A stretch of DNA of 64,000 nt from Chiloscyllium plagiosum (lineage: Eukaryota), in the NCBI RefSeq assembly GCF_004010195.1, contig NC_057717.1, forward strand, positions 105,762,719-105,826,718, in the 5' to 3' direction. Numbering within the stretch: the first letter of the stretch is position 1; each line of letters opens with the position of its first letter. The notes beneath the pieces were generated by a model that made no database searches, was not told where the DNA came from, and saw nothing but the letters and a program-made list of their open reading frames with translations. Shown piece after piece: positions 1 to 12,689 of this stretch. Made by a program: the position numbers and the translations under genes.

Positions 1-17
1 AACATCCACTCAACACC

Positions 18-47
18 CCCCTACCCCTACCCCTACCCCTACCCCCA
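18..47. repeat. (CCCCTA)n short tandem repeat; G-quadruplex-prone (TAGGGG)n on minus strand
   Basis: About 4-5 copies of CCCCTA read directly. Confidence 0.8.
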
Positions 48-70
48 CCCGGAAGGCCTGTCCCTCCTAC

Positions 71-200
71 CTGATCCCCGGGCCGGTCTCCCTCACTCTC
101 CCCGCCGCTCCATGCCGTTTCCCGGGGGGGGGCTCACGCTCTGCCTCTCGCTCCTTCTCTCGCCGTCTGCCGCTCCTCGCCGGAACTGACGACACAGCCC
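71..200 (-). other. Probable first exon of an unidentified minus-strand gene running off the left edge
   Basis: GC/CpG-rich segment with donor CAG|GTAGGA at 71/70 and promoter motifs just upstream; 5' boundary is approximate. Confidence 0.55.
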
Positions 201-262
201 CCACCCACCAAGCTCCGCGCATGCTCGGCGAGCCTGCTGCATTCTGGGGGCTGTAGTCCCAG
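175..262 (-). promoter_or_regulatory. CpG-island-type promoter with ETS, NRF1-like and ZNF143/STAF motifs
   Basis: CCGGAA 180-185; GCGCATGCTC 217-226; reverse complement of 239-257 is ACTACAGCCCCCAGAATGC, matching the ZNF143 SBS consensus ACTACAnnnCCCAGAATGC. Confidence 0.7.
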
Positions 263-409
263 GGAGCCTTGCTTGAAGCTGTGGGGTCAGAGTTCAGTCC
301 CTGGCTGAGCATCACTTGCCCAAAGCACATGCCCTGTCACTGCCCACTGCCCTCACTGAGAAACTCCTGCTTCAAGGCACATCAGGCCCAGCTAAGCAAA
401 CTTGCTACC

Positions 410-870
410 CTGCTGCTGTGGGAGAACAGCAGGATCTGCTGGGTCACTGTGCTGGTCTGTGGGAGATCAGCAGGATCTGCTGGGTCACTGTGCTGGTCTG
501 TGGGAGAACAGCAGGATCTGCTGGGTCACTGTGCTGGTCTGTGGGAGATCAGCAGGATCTGCTGGGTCACTGTGCTGGTCTGTGGGAGATCAACAGGATC
601 TGCTGGGTCACTGTGCTGGTCTGTGGGAGATCAGCAGGATCTGCTGGGTCACTGTGCTGGCTGTGGGAGAACAGCAGGATCTGCTGGGTCACTGTGCTGC
701 TCTGTGGGAGAACAGCAGGATCTGCTGGGTCACTGTGCTGCTCTTTGGGAGAACACCAGGATCTGCTGGTTCACTGTGCTGCTCTTTGGGAGAACAGCAG
801 GATCTGCTGGTTCACTGTGCTGCTCTTTGGGAGAACAGCAGGATCTGCTGGGTCACTGTGCTGGCTGTGG
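410..870. repeat. 41-bp minisatellite, about 11 units
   Basis: Unit TGTGGGAGAACAGCAGGATCTGCTGGGTCACTGTGCTGGTC; GGAGA anchor recurs at 421, 462, 503 and onward. Confidence 0.95.
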
Positions 871-1109
871 AATGGTGCCCCTCAACTTAATGTCTCTGCC
901 AACAAACACCCAGCTGTACGAACTGACAGAAACTGGGCCTTACTGTGTGTCAGCAGAAGAAAGAGACACGAGTGGTTTTACTAATTTGTCACCGTTTTTC
1001 ATGATTTGTGGATTTTTATTTCGTTTCATTGCTGTTTAATATGTTTGCTCATTTTCTTCACAGAATGCAAACTTTACACTTTGATGTTTACATTGATTTG
1101 CCAATTTTA

Positions 1110-1670
1110 GAGTCAGTCAGCACCCTTCAGTCCCACTCTTCCATGCTAATCAGCCATCCCAATCTGACCTAGTCCCATTTCCCAGCATTTGGCCCATATC
1201 CTTCTAAACCCTTCCCATTCATATACCCATCCAGATGCCTTTTAAATGCTGTAATTGTCCCAGCCTCCACCACTTCCTCTTGCAGCTCATTCCATACCCA
1301 CATCACTCTCCATGGGAAAAAGCTCCCTTTCAGGTTTGTTATAAATCTTTCCCCTCTCACCTTAAACCTATGCCGTCGAGTTTTGGACTCCCCACCCCAT
1401 GGAAAAGACCTTGTCAATTCACCCTATCTGTGCCCCTCATGATTGTATAAACCTCTCTAAGGTCACCCCTCAGCTTCTTGCCACTCCAGGGAAAACAGCC
1501 CCAGCCTATTCAGCCTCTCCCGATAGCTCTAACTTTCCTACCCTGGCAACATCCTTGTAAATCTTTTCTGCACTATCTAAAGTTTAGCAACATCTTTCCT
1601 ATAGCAGGGAGACCAGAATTGTATGCAGTATTTTAAAATTGGCTGCACCAATGTCCTGTACAGCCACAAC
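1110..1670 (-). mobile_element. CR1-clade LINE 3' fragment
   Basis: ORF 1169-1417 (TRRHRFKVRGERF...[22 protein letters not shown]) is the typical CR1 ORF2 C-terminus. Confidence 0.9.
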
Positions 1671-1721
1671 GATATGCTAATTCAGCCAACCTCTGCTCAA
1701 AGAGGTACTTCAACTGCTCTG

Positions 1722-2613
1722 GGGTGGCACGGTGGCTCAGTGTTTAGCACTGCTACCTCACAGCACCAGGGACCTGGGTTCAATTCCCGCCTCAGGTGAC
1801 TGTCTGGATAGAATTCGCACATTCTCCCCGTGTCTGCATGGGTTTCACAGAACATAGAACAGTACAGCACAGAACAGGCCCTTCAGCCCACGATGTTGTG
1901 CCGACCACTGATCCTCATGTACGTACCCTCAAATTTCTGTGACCATATGCATGTCCAGTAGTCTCTTAAATGTCCCCAATGACCCTGCTTCCACAACTGC
2001 TGCTAGCAACAAATTCCATGCTCACACAACTCTCTGTGTAAAGAACCCGCCTCTGACATCCCCTCTATACTTTCCTCCAACCAGCTTAAACTCTGACCCC
2101 TCGTGTTAGTCATTTCTGCCCTGGGAAATAGTCTCTGGCTATCGACTCTATCTATGCCTCTCATTATCTTGTATATCTCAATTAGGTCCCCTCTCCTCCT
2201 CCTTTTCTCCAATGAAAAAAGTCCGAGGTCAGTCAACCTCTCTTCATAAGATAAGCCCTCCAGTCCAGGCAGCATCCTGGTAAACCTCCTCTGAACCCTC
2301 TCCAAAGCATCCACATCTTTCCTTTAATAGGGCGACCAGAACTGGACGCAGTATTCCAAGTGCGGAGTAACCAAAGTTTTATAGAGCTGCAACAGGATCT
2401 CACGGCTCTTAAACTCCATCCCCCTGTTAATGAAAGCCAAAACACCATATGCTTTCTTAACATCCCTCCGGGTTTCCTCCGGGGGCTCCTGTTTCCTCCC
2501 ACAATCAAAGATGTGCAGGTCAGGTGAATTGGCCATGCTAAATTGCCCAATCAGGGGAATGGGCCTGGCTCTTTGGAGGGCCTGTTTCCATGCTCTTGGG
2601 AATCTAATCTAAT
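1722..2613 (+). mobile_element. HE1-type tRNA-derived SINE, split by a CR1 insertion (SINE parts 1722-1847 and about 2467-2613)
   Basis: GGCACGGTGGCTCAGTG...GGGTTCAATTCC head with A/B boxes; body resumes GGGTTTCCTCC...AAGATGTGCAGGT; AATCT-repeat tail. Confidence 0.85.
1848..2466 (-). mobile_element. CR1 LINE 3' fragment nested in the SINE
   Basis: ORFs [20 protein letters not shown] and [25 protein letters not shown]. Confidence 0.92.
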
Positions 2614-3361
2614 CTTTTAAAAAAATCTGAAATCCTTTATCTGTCAAACCATTCAAATGAAGAACCTCTGTACTATCTTCAACACATTCACATCTTCCCC
2701 AGAGTGTGCTGCCAGGAACAGGGCACACTACTTTAGTTGGGGCTGGACTGATATCTTATTCAGGTTTAGCAGATTCACTATATATCCACGAGGAGTTTGT
2801 GTTTGATGCAAGGTTCCATGTGTTTCATTAATCTGCCTTGCACCTTCAGGTTTGGACACATGCTCTCCAGGTCTCTCTGTTCTGGCAACCTCCTTAAAAC
2901 TGCTACCCTAAATTGTCTCCTAATCCTTCTCAAACCTTTTATATGTAATCTCAAATATTCACCATTTCTCTCTTCACAGTAATGTTTTGGCCAATCAGAG
3001 CCGATTTCCCAACCAATCAGCAACCTTTCCTCCTGCAGTATGAAGTGTTGGATTGATTTGAAATTGGGGAATAATTGTTTGATGCTGATGAGTGGAGGAT
3101 GGAAAGTTAAGGCAACATCTCCCTTTTCAGGAATATTCAAACCTTGGATCACCAAACCACAAGTTTGTGTTTATTCTGGTCAGCATCCACAAATATCTTA
3201 CAGGTCACTTTGACTTTTCACTCGCCAACCTTTAAATGTAGGAAACTTTTATGTGGAAAGCTTTTTTTAAAAAATCAATGTTACCACTTTTGATTATCCC
3301 AACAACAATGTGCATTTATATAACACCTTTGATGTGAGGAATGTCCCAAAGTACTTCCCAG

Positions 3362-3522
3362 GTCTGACTAAATCAGAAGTCACACAACACCAGTTTATAG
3401 TCTGATAAAAGAGCAGCGCTCTGAAAGTTTGTGATTTCAAATAAACCTGTTGGACTATAACCTGGTGTTGTGTGACTTCTGACTTTGACCAGCCCAGTCT
3501 AACACCGGCACCTCCACATCAT
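3362..3522. mobile_element. Penelope-derived fold-back element, partial
   Basis: Inverted arms about 3372-3401 and 3452-3482; same family as 32538-32778; hammerhead core mutated (CTGATAA). Confidence 0.7.
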
Positions 3523-4974
3523 GTCTAATTATGAAGTGCCAGTGGGGCACTCTGGGGCAGTGATGCCGTATGAGGAAAGGTGATGAAATGGCTCAGACAG
3601 CAGAGATTCAGCAGGGTCTGATAGAGTGGATGGAAGGCTTCATGGACTCAGACATTGGAGAAAGGACAGAGAGATCAACAAGAGGTCAGAGCTGGAGGGG
3701 CAGAAGACTGGAGAGGATTGTGTGCACCAGGAGGTTCCAGCGATGGGGAACAGTGACATGGTGGGAAGGTCTGTAATTGAAACCCACTGACTGGATTTGG
3801 TTGGAATGCCCTGCTAAAAGGGGGTAACGCTCAGCTCAGAATGACAAATTCCATGGATTTGGAGGTATCTGAGAGCCAAATTTGAGCAAGATGAAAAATG
3901 TTGCAACAAGAACTAAATCACAGACCACTGAAGAAGTTTTTTCTACCTATTATTCTTCACATCCTTTCAAGAACTTTCAACAATTAAACAAAGGTTAAGC
4001 AGCTGCAGCATTCAGAAACGGAACCAGCTGGATGGTAGAAATAGAGATCAAAAAGAAATTGCCATGACTGCAATGTGGCTGCAGTGAAGGTGGAGACTCC
4101 TGTCTCAGCCACTGCACATTGCAACAGACAGCAGTGACTTTGACCAACTCTGTGTGGGAAAGAAAGCAGTTTGTTCAGAGGGAGAGCGGTTGGATAGCAG
4201 TTACATGGATTCACAGAACTTAATGCTTTGATGAGTGGAAACTGAAAGTTGATATTCAAGTTAATGCTTGAAACCATTAAAATTAGTCATTCACAGCATA
4301 GTCTGAAACAAAATCGACAAAAGCAGAAGCTGGAAACTGAGATTGTGAAAACAGTCTTGACAGCATCTACTGAGCTGGAATATGAACCCAGTCAGAAGGT
4401 GACTGTGTGAGGATATTGATGAAGTGGAGAAGGAGTGGAGAGTTATTTGTTTACCCCATGGGCTGATGAGAAATTATATCCAAAGCAGTGGCAACAATAC
4501 GGTCCAGACACAAATGCAACTGTTCACACAGGAAAGGAGTAGGCCATTCAGCCCATCCAGCCTGGCTAAACAAATACTTTGCCTTTTATCCTCCTCATCG
4601 AGTACAGGCAGTCCCCAGGTTGTGAACGGGTTCTGTTCCAGACTGCGTTTTCAAATTGCTTTGCTGCAGGTCAGAACATGATGCAGGATAATATAGAACA
4701 GCTTGTAAATATGAGGAAATGTCTGTCTGCTAGATCAGTAAAGATTACACCCCTGACTGGTCTCACATTTCATAACTTCGAGCATCGTAAGACAACTCTT
4801 CAAAATTGGGACCTCCTCCCCCCTGCACCCTCCCCGCAGCTGTACAGCAGGGGGGGTCAGAAATCTACCCATCTCTACCTGAAGCAGATCAGAGACTGAG
4901 CTTCCACAGCTCTTCTTGGGATAGCATTCCTATCAATCACAATGCTCTGAGTAAAAACATCTCTGCTCATCTCA

Positions 4975-5318
4975 CTCCAGTTGTTAGCAATGCTACCTCA
5001 CAGCACCAGGGACCCGGGTTCAATTCCACTCTCAGGTGACTGTCTGTGTGGAGTTTGCACATCCTCTCTGTGTCTGTGTGGGGTTTCCTCCGGGTGCTCT
5101 GGTTTCCTCCCACAGTCCAAAGATGTGCAGGTCAGGGTGGATTGGCCATGCTAAATTGCCCGTAGTGTCCAGAGATGTACAGGCTAGGCAGTTTAGCCAT
5201 GGGAAATGCAGGGTTATGGGGTTAGGGTAGGGGGGTGAATTTGGGTAGAACACTCTTCAGAGACTCAGTGTGGACTTGTTGGGCTGAATGCCCAGTTTCC
5301 ACACTGTAGGGATTCTGT
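4975..5318 (+). mobile_element. HE1-type SINE
   Basis: Same head and body as the 1722 copy. Confidence 0.88.
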
Positions 5319-5329
5319 GGAAGTGGCAC

Positions 5330-8000
5330 CCTCTGTAGCTTTGTATTTTTTCCCCCAGCTCTTGGCCTCCCAACATCTTCCCTTCAGTATTTTCTCAGTT
5401 TCAACTCTCAATGGGATCACCTCTCATTCTTTGCAACTCTAGAGATCACACACCCAGTTTGTCCAAACTCTCTTCAGCGGACAGTCCCACTATCCCAGGA
5501 ACACGTCTGGTGGAATGTAGTTGCACCCTGTCTATAGTAATGATATAGGGAAGGAAACCAAAACTACAGTCTAACCAAGCTCCGATACAATTAAAGCAAG
5601 ACTTCACTACTCATGTACACAAATCTCCTTGCAATAAAGACTACCATTCCATTAGCCTAACAGCTTGCTACTCCTGTAGGTTGGCCTTCAGTGACTTATT
5701 GATAAGGACACCTAGGTGCCTTTATCTATCTACACTTTCCAATCTCTTAGCTTTCTCAAAATACTCTGCACATCTGTTTCTCCCGCCAAAGTGGATAACC
5801 TTATATTTTCCAATTACATTCCATCTGCCATGTTCTTGACCAATCAGGACACCTGTCCAAATCTTCCAGAAGCTGCTTTACACCTTCATCCCAACACACA
5901 TTCCCGCTTTGTTTTGGATCAATATTACATTTCCTCTCCCCCTTGAAATCATTGGTCAAGATTGTGAGCAGCTGGGGCCAAGTTCTGGTCCTTGTGGTTA
6001 CCCATCCATCCCAGCTGCCAACATGAGAATGACCCATTTATACCGACTCTCTGTTTCCTGTCTGTTTGCCAATCGGTAATCCTTCCCTCCTATCCCATGC
6101 ATTTTAATCTTTCTAACCAGACTCTTGTAGGGAACCTCATCATAAGTCTTCTGAAAATCTAAATGTATTATGTCCTTTAACTCTCCATTATCAATTGTGT
6201 TCATAATATCTTTAAAGTTTCCCATTCGCAAATCCATGTTGATCATATCCAATCAAATTATTATCATCCAGGTGTCTATTTATCCCATTGCTCATAACAG
6301 ACTGTGGCATTTTCCTGATTATTGATGTAAGACTAACAGCTGTGTGAGTTCCCTGTTTCCTTTATCTCTCCCTTCTTAAATCATGGGATGCCATTTGCCA
6401 ACTTCCGAATCACAGGAATGATTTCAGAATCTACAGAATCACTGAAGTAACTGGGTTGACTATCTCCACAGCTCCCTCCTACAACCCTCTGGATGTAGAT
6501 GGCCATGACCTGGGGATTGACTCAGCACCATTAATTTCTCTTGTACAATCTTCTTCCTGATACTAATTTGCATCCACTCCTCATTCTCCCGAGCCATTTG
6601 GATCCTGAGTTTGGAGTGATTTCTGGTATCTTCCTGAGTGAAAACAGACAGACAGTAATCATTTAGCTTCTCTGCTATTTCTCTATTTCCCTGACCCTGC
6701 CTTTAATCCAGACCCATTCATTTCACCAAATGCTTCCTTGTTACATATCTATCAAAGCTTTCTCAGGACTTTGTTGCTTTTTGCTTGGTTACACTCAAAA
6801 TCTGTTCTCCTTTCCTTACTTGGTTCCTATTGCCCTGACAAATTTTCAGTTTCAATTGATTGCTCCCCCCCCCCCCCCAAACAACACCAGCAATTTTCCC
6901 TGTGAGGATATTAGTCCCAGTTCCCTTAAAGTGTAATCTCTCCAACTTGTACAGGTCCTACTTACCACAGAACTGCTCCCAATTCTTCAGAAACCTCCTA
7001 CACTCGATCCTCAGCCAGCCGTTCGAACGATCAAGCCTTGTGTTCAGGTGGCACTAGGAGTAATCCTGAGATTGATACTTTGGAGATCCTGCTTTTTAAT
7101 TTTCACCTTAAATCCATGAAATCTGTCTTCAGGACCCCATTACTTTTTCCTGACAATGTCATGGGCACCAATGTGGATCAGGCATCCTGGTTGAACCCCT
7201 CCCCTCACCGCTCAGAGACATCCTTGACCTTGGCACCAGAAAGGGAACACATCAGCCTGGGGTCACGTTTCCTGCCTGATCCACGGCCCCTGAACCCCCC
7301 TGGCATTATTGCTCTTCCAGTCTTCCTCCTTCCCCCGCACGCCCCCCTCCGTACACCTCAGTCAGCCATGGGACCGTAGGCTTGGCTTTGGCTGAACTCC
7401 TGGAAGGAGCCGTTATCCTCACCGGTCTCTGAGATGGTTCACCAATTAGTAGCCACGACAGACTCAGGGAATCCCTTCACAGCCTGCCTGGTTTTCTTGA
7501 ACTGCCCGGTGGTCTCCGATCCCCTCTCTGCTGTCTGAGGTGTGCCCACCTCCCAATATGTGCCCTCTGCCTTCCACAAACATACAGCAGAGGCTGCAGC
7601 CACTGTTCCCGTTTGGAAAGCCGGATATGAAGGCTGTGCAGTCTGGGACACATGGTGCGCCTGTACCTTCATACAGACCCACAGGATTGGTCCCTCCACT
7701 GGGCCCTCCTGACCTGTCATCCTATACTAGTTAAAACGACTTGTGACCTGAGAATAAATCTAGACTTACTGTGAAAACTGAACAAGCTCATTTGCAGCAT
7801 AAGAGAGATGGTCTACATACTTAAGCATAACTTTTCACGTTAAATATTGGAAAGACTGACCGAACCTACTCACCAATCAGCTGCTTTCCCTGCACTCCTG
7901 ACATCATGCTGCTGTTGGTCTCAGTCCCAGTACAACCTCTCGGTCCACATCTTGTTTTCTCTCTCACTCACCTCGCACTCTGGAGTCTTTATTTCTTGGA
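5330..8000 (-). mobile_element. Degenerate long CR1 element including ORF1 esterase remnant
   Basis: RT remnants (DIIHLDFQKTYDEVPYKSLVRK; LEDLDRC..W..TWQM); about 7050-7180 translates HIGAHDIVRKK...KLKSRISKVSISGLLLVP, the SGNH esterase motif of CR1 ORF1. Confidence 0.75.
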
Positions 8001-8027
8001 GTAAATCTGACATAAAACATTCCTTTC

Positions 8028-11000
8028 GGGGGATCCAAGATGGCGGCGACCCAGCAAGTCTGAGTCTATAGTGCTCCTCCCAAGACTTGGGCAAAGTGGG
8101 TCATCCGCCCCCACCACACTCACCAAATCATTCCAAATAGTTTTTACTTAATGTAATTAGTTGCTTCGTACTGAATTTAAACAATTTAATCTTAAGTAAA
8201 AATGACTAAAGGGAAGGGAGCTCACAGCTCTCAGCAAGCAGGAACCCCTCCCCCACCCTCTCCAGCTGCAGCAGAGGCGTCCGCAGCCTATACCCGGGGG
8301 ACTTACCTACAGTGACAAGCCTCGTGGAAATGATCTCCAAACTGGATGCAAAGATCGACGCCTTCATCGAAGAGTCCCGGAGCCGATGGGACTCACTCTC
8401 GGCCGTGCTACAAAAGCACGACCGAGACATCAAGGAAATTGAGCGCCAAGTTGGATGGGCAGAGCTAAAGGCCGCGACCTCCGAGGCCATCTCAGAATCG
8501 GCCGTGGATCGGGTCCGGACTCTCGAGCAGCGAGTCTGGACCTTAGAGAATCCCATTGACGACCTCGAGAATCGAGGTCATCGAAAAATTATTTGTTTGC
8601 TGGGCCTTCCCGAACGGGAAGAGGAAGGCCAGTTTACAGTGTTTCTCGAGCAGTGGCTTCCACTGCTTTTAAATCTGGAGGCTGGATCAGGCCAGGTAAG
8701 GGTGGAATGGGCCTACCGGGTTGCAGTGCACGGGCCCGGCTCGAACCAACGCCCACGCCCGGTCCTGTTCCGGCTGCAGAGCTACAAGGAGAGGCAGATG
8801 CTCTTAAAAGCTTCCAGAAATCTTGGGAAAGGTCCCCAAACCATGATTTATAAAGGATCCAAGATTATGTTATTTCAGGACTTTTCCCCAGCTCTGGTCT
8901 GAAAGAGGAAGGCGTTTGATGAAGCGAAGAAGTGTTTAAGGGACGTAAATAATCAGTACTCCTTGCGCTACCCAGCAACGCTACGCTTTAACCATGAAGG
9001 ATCCGTGTATAACTTCGGATCGCCAGAAAAGGCCAAGGAATTTTTGGACTCTCTTAGATAAATTGTAAGAGATAATTGATGTTGTTTTGCTCTCCCCCCA
9101 CTCAGGTTTACATCCTTTTTTTTATATTAATCCCTTTTTTACCTTACTGTTTAATATTATCTTTGGGGTTGGAGAGAGGGATTTACGTATTTGTTCTCTA
9201 CTTAGCGATTTTCTGCCCTTTTTTTATATATATATCGGCCAGGGGGTCTAGTTAATGTTGGTGGGGGGAGGTGGTTACCTTATCCTGTTTTATTTCTGTC
9301 TTTAGGAGTGGGGTTGTTTTCCCCTGTTATTTGTGGGGTACCTGGGTCAAAGGTGGGGCACTGGTTGGGAGAGGATATGATGGGCTTTTGGAAAGGAAGT
9401 GATGCCCCCGGGAACAAGGAGGAAAATCTCCATTTAAATACGTTTTTTTTATTTCGATATAGTTTTTTATTATATCGATGTGAGTGTATTAAAGAGACTT
9501 TATTTTTGTGAATTTTATATGCTCTGTGCTCGGGATGTTCTGGATAGGGTTTCCCCTCCTGAGGGGTCTCGGATTTGCCCGGACGGTTATGGTTGATCAG
9601 TCGGTTAAGTGGTGCACCTGGAATGTCAAGGAGAGTAATTCACCAGTCAAAAGGAAGAAAATATTATCAAACCTCAAGAAAGAAAGGGTTGATATAGCTC
9701 TCCTACAGGAGACACACTTATTGGATAAAGAACACTTGAAATTACGACAGGGTGGATTTGATCAGGCCTTTTTTTACTTCTTTTAGCTCAAAAAGCAGGG
9801 GAGATGTTATTTTTATTCAGAAGAATTTCCCTTTCAAAATCCTAAATCAGATAAAAGACGAATCTGAATGATATATTCTGATTAAAGCCCTTATAAATGG
9901 AGAGGAATATGGGATCTTAAATTTGTATTGCCACCCGGCACATCCTTTTAAATTTATAACGGAAGCCTTCTCCAAATTGGTGCCAATGGGTGGCCTTGCT
10001 AGTATATCCTATCTATTGGACAAATCCCTCTTTCCCTTTTGGTGGTCCCTGGAGGGTTTCTTATTGCCCCAGTATTTGGTCAGTTATACAAGGCTAACTT
10101 TGTGCATTTACTGGAAAGGATAAGGCAGGACCTCCAGCAATGGGGAGACCTTCCAATTTCCTTGCTGGGAAGAATAGCACTAATTAAAATGAATGTCCTG
10201 CCCCATCTCCTATATCCTATGAGAATGCTTCCGGTGATGCTGCCAAGGATGGCTCTACGTAAATTATATGGCTGGCTGGGTTCCTTTATCAGGAATCCTA
10301 GACGGCCCCTCATTAAGCTGAAGAGGCTACAGCTTCCACAGGCAAGGGGAGGATTGGATTTCCCAGATTTTAGGAAATATCAGTTAAGTTCCCTATTAAG
10401 TTACATAGCTGATTGGGTCTTGTCTGACCCGCAATCAATCTGGCTGGACATGGAGGCTTCTCAAGTAAAATACCCACTTATTAACCTTTTATTTTCAGAC
10501 AAGAGGAAAATCATTACGGATCACTGTAAAAACCCTATAATACTAAACACAATTAAAGCTTGGAATATAATGCGGCAAAATGAGGACAACTCACATAAAA
10601 GATCCCCCTATGCACCGATAATGGGAGCATGGGGATTTCAACCGGGGCTTACAGATGTCACTTTCAAACTCTGGAGATCCAGGGGCATCTCATGTTTAGG
10701 GGATCTGTTTAAAGAAGGAATCCTGATGTCTTTTGAACAGCTGCGCAGAAATTTGGATTACCTAATGGAGACCTCTTTCAATACTTCCAAATTCGAGACT
10801 ACATACAGAAGAAGACTATGTTATTCAATAGTCTTTATAAATCAGACAGAGAATGTAGAGTGCTACAGCCAATGGGGGTATCTTCCGTCAGTACTATTTA
10901 TCATTTACCACATGAAGAAGTATCAGGAGATATGGACAATCTGCTTAAAACATGGGATCAGGATTAGGGACTGGAAATCTCTACAGAAATGTGGAATGAC

Positions 11001-11906
11001 TTTTGGGAAAATGCCAGAAGAATCACCATCTGCAACAGAACTGAGGCCATTCAGTTGAAGATACTTCATAGGGCCCATATAGCACCCGATCGATTGGCAA
11101 AACTTAAGGCAGGAGCATCTCCAATGTGTCCCAAAAGTAAAATAGAGATGGGCACTCTTGTACATTGCTTATGGACCTGTCATAAGATCCGTAGATATTG
11201 GACTAAGGTAGCAAGTGCTCTGACTGAAATCTTAGGAACGGAAATTAGAGTGGACCCTGTATCTTTCCTTTTGAACTTTTCGAACTTACCCTCCCTGGAT
11301 ATGCACAGGAAGAGATTATTTTCTATTCTCTCTTTCTGTACAAGGGAAAACACTTTGGTGAACTGGGTGGCTGAGGGCCCCCCTGGACTTTCGAATTGGC
11401 ACAGATTAATCATGGAATGTATTCCCCTTGACTTCCTTACAAATATGGTGCACCAAAAGATCGAATTATTCCATAAAATATGGCAACCCTTCTTGAATTG
11501 CATAAATACAGATATTTTGGTCATCCTAACAAGGGCTTTTATTTAATTGAGATGGCGAACCTGGCTGGTCCGGGGCCCCTTGGGAGAGGAATCCTGCACA
11601 AATACGGGTTTTGTTACAATTTGATGTTAATACATTCCGAGCATGCATCTCACGACCCAATTTCTGTGTTATCCGTCGGTTTTTTTCTCTTCTTTGAATA
11701 ATGTAAGAGACTTAATTAAACACTCTGGTTAGTTGTAGGTTAGATTAGTAGTTAGTTAAGTTTTGTTTTTTTTTCTCGGTTTTTTTTGTTTGATAAATTT
11801 TGGTTATTATTTATTTAAGATTTAATTGTATATCAATGTTTATTTGGGTTTTTTTGTAAACTTGTAAAAATGTTAAATTTTCAATAAAAATATCTATTAA
11901 AAAAAA
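8028..11906 (+). mobile_element. L1-clade LINE, 5'-complete and internally deleted, non-functional
   Basis: 5' GGGGGATCCAAGATGGCGG; L1 ORF1 (DDLENRGHRKIICLLGLPE...FQDFS) at about 8202-9062; ORF2 endonuclease from 9589 (TWNVK...DIALLQETHL); C-terminal part (GRIALIKMNVLP, GGLDFPDF, CPK...HCLWTC) to 11546; AATAAA 11883 and poly-A; imperfect TSD AAAACATTCCTTTC / AAAAAATTCCTTTTC. Confidence 0.93.
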
Positions 11907-12689
11907 TTCCTTTTCCTCAATGCCATAAATTCTGATATTGACACAAATTCCCAGTCACTCGCTGTGCCTCAGCCTCACTCCATGCGTGTGCAGTCTGGAA
12001 TCCTACCCGGACTATTGGGCCATGGCACCGCTCTGGGCCGCAGCAGGACCTTGGGACCTGACGGAGAGGTGTTGGTGTGTGTGCGTGAAGACTTGGGCTC
12101 CTGATCATTCGCAGACTGAGGGATATTCTTTGTTTTTCTGGTGACGAAAACTCATGGCAGAGGCGGGGGGGGGGGGAGTGATCTGAACATTTGCTTTTCC
12201 TTTAGTTGTTTCTTTTATTTCTGCTTCTGTTTTTAATCCTGTCTCTTGTACACTAACATCACACTGGAGAATGGCGACTTTGTGCACTTTTCATTGTATT
12301 CCTCTACTTGAGTAAATGTGACGATAAAATCTGAATCTATAATTAATTTCAGTATACCCAAAATCCAAACGTTAGACCACTGTGAATGTACAAACATTAC
12401 ATCAGGACATGTACCAAAAGGAGTTCTACTACCAGGAAATTAACTTCTGCAGTGGCCTTTAATTTTACAGTAACACATCAAACGTTGGGATTTGAGGGAT
12501 TTGATCACTATCACACTGCTCCATCTAGTGGCTGAACCAACATCTGTCCAACTTCAAAACAGCCAGGCGACCATATTATCAAATCAGAAAGGCAGCTTTT
12601 TGACAGGAACTGCCCCATGAATGTCCACCCTTAAATCAGAAGGCCCAACTCGACTGGCATTGGCAAGTTCGAGGATGACACAAAAATAG

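Noticed and set aside
18..47. Interstitial telomere
   Set aside because: The unit is CCCCTA, not CCCTAA, and the tract is very short.
410..870. CRISPR-like array of palindromic repeats
   Set aside because: Units are contiguous with no unique spacers, there are no cas genes, and the context is a vertebrate genome.
269..1039. Three overlapping Cys/Trp-rich ORFs as a protein-coding gene
   Set aside because: They are a by-product of a stop-free 41-bp repeat, with no splice structure or recognisable domain.
1722..1795. tRNA genes (also at 4975, 14548 and 59150)
   Set aside because: These are tRNA-derived SINE heads continuing into SINE bodies.
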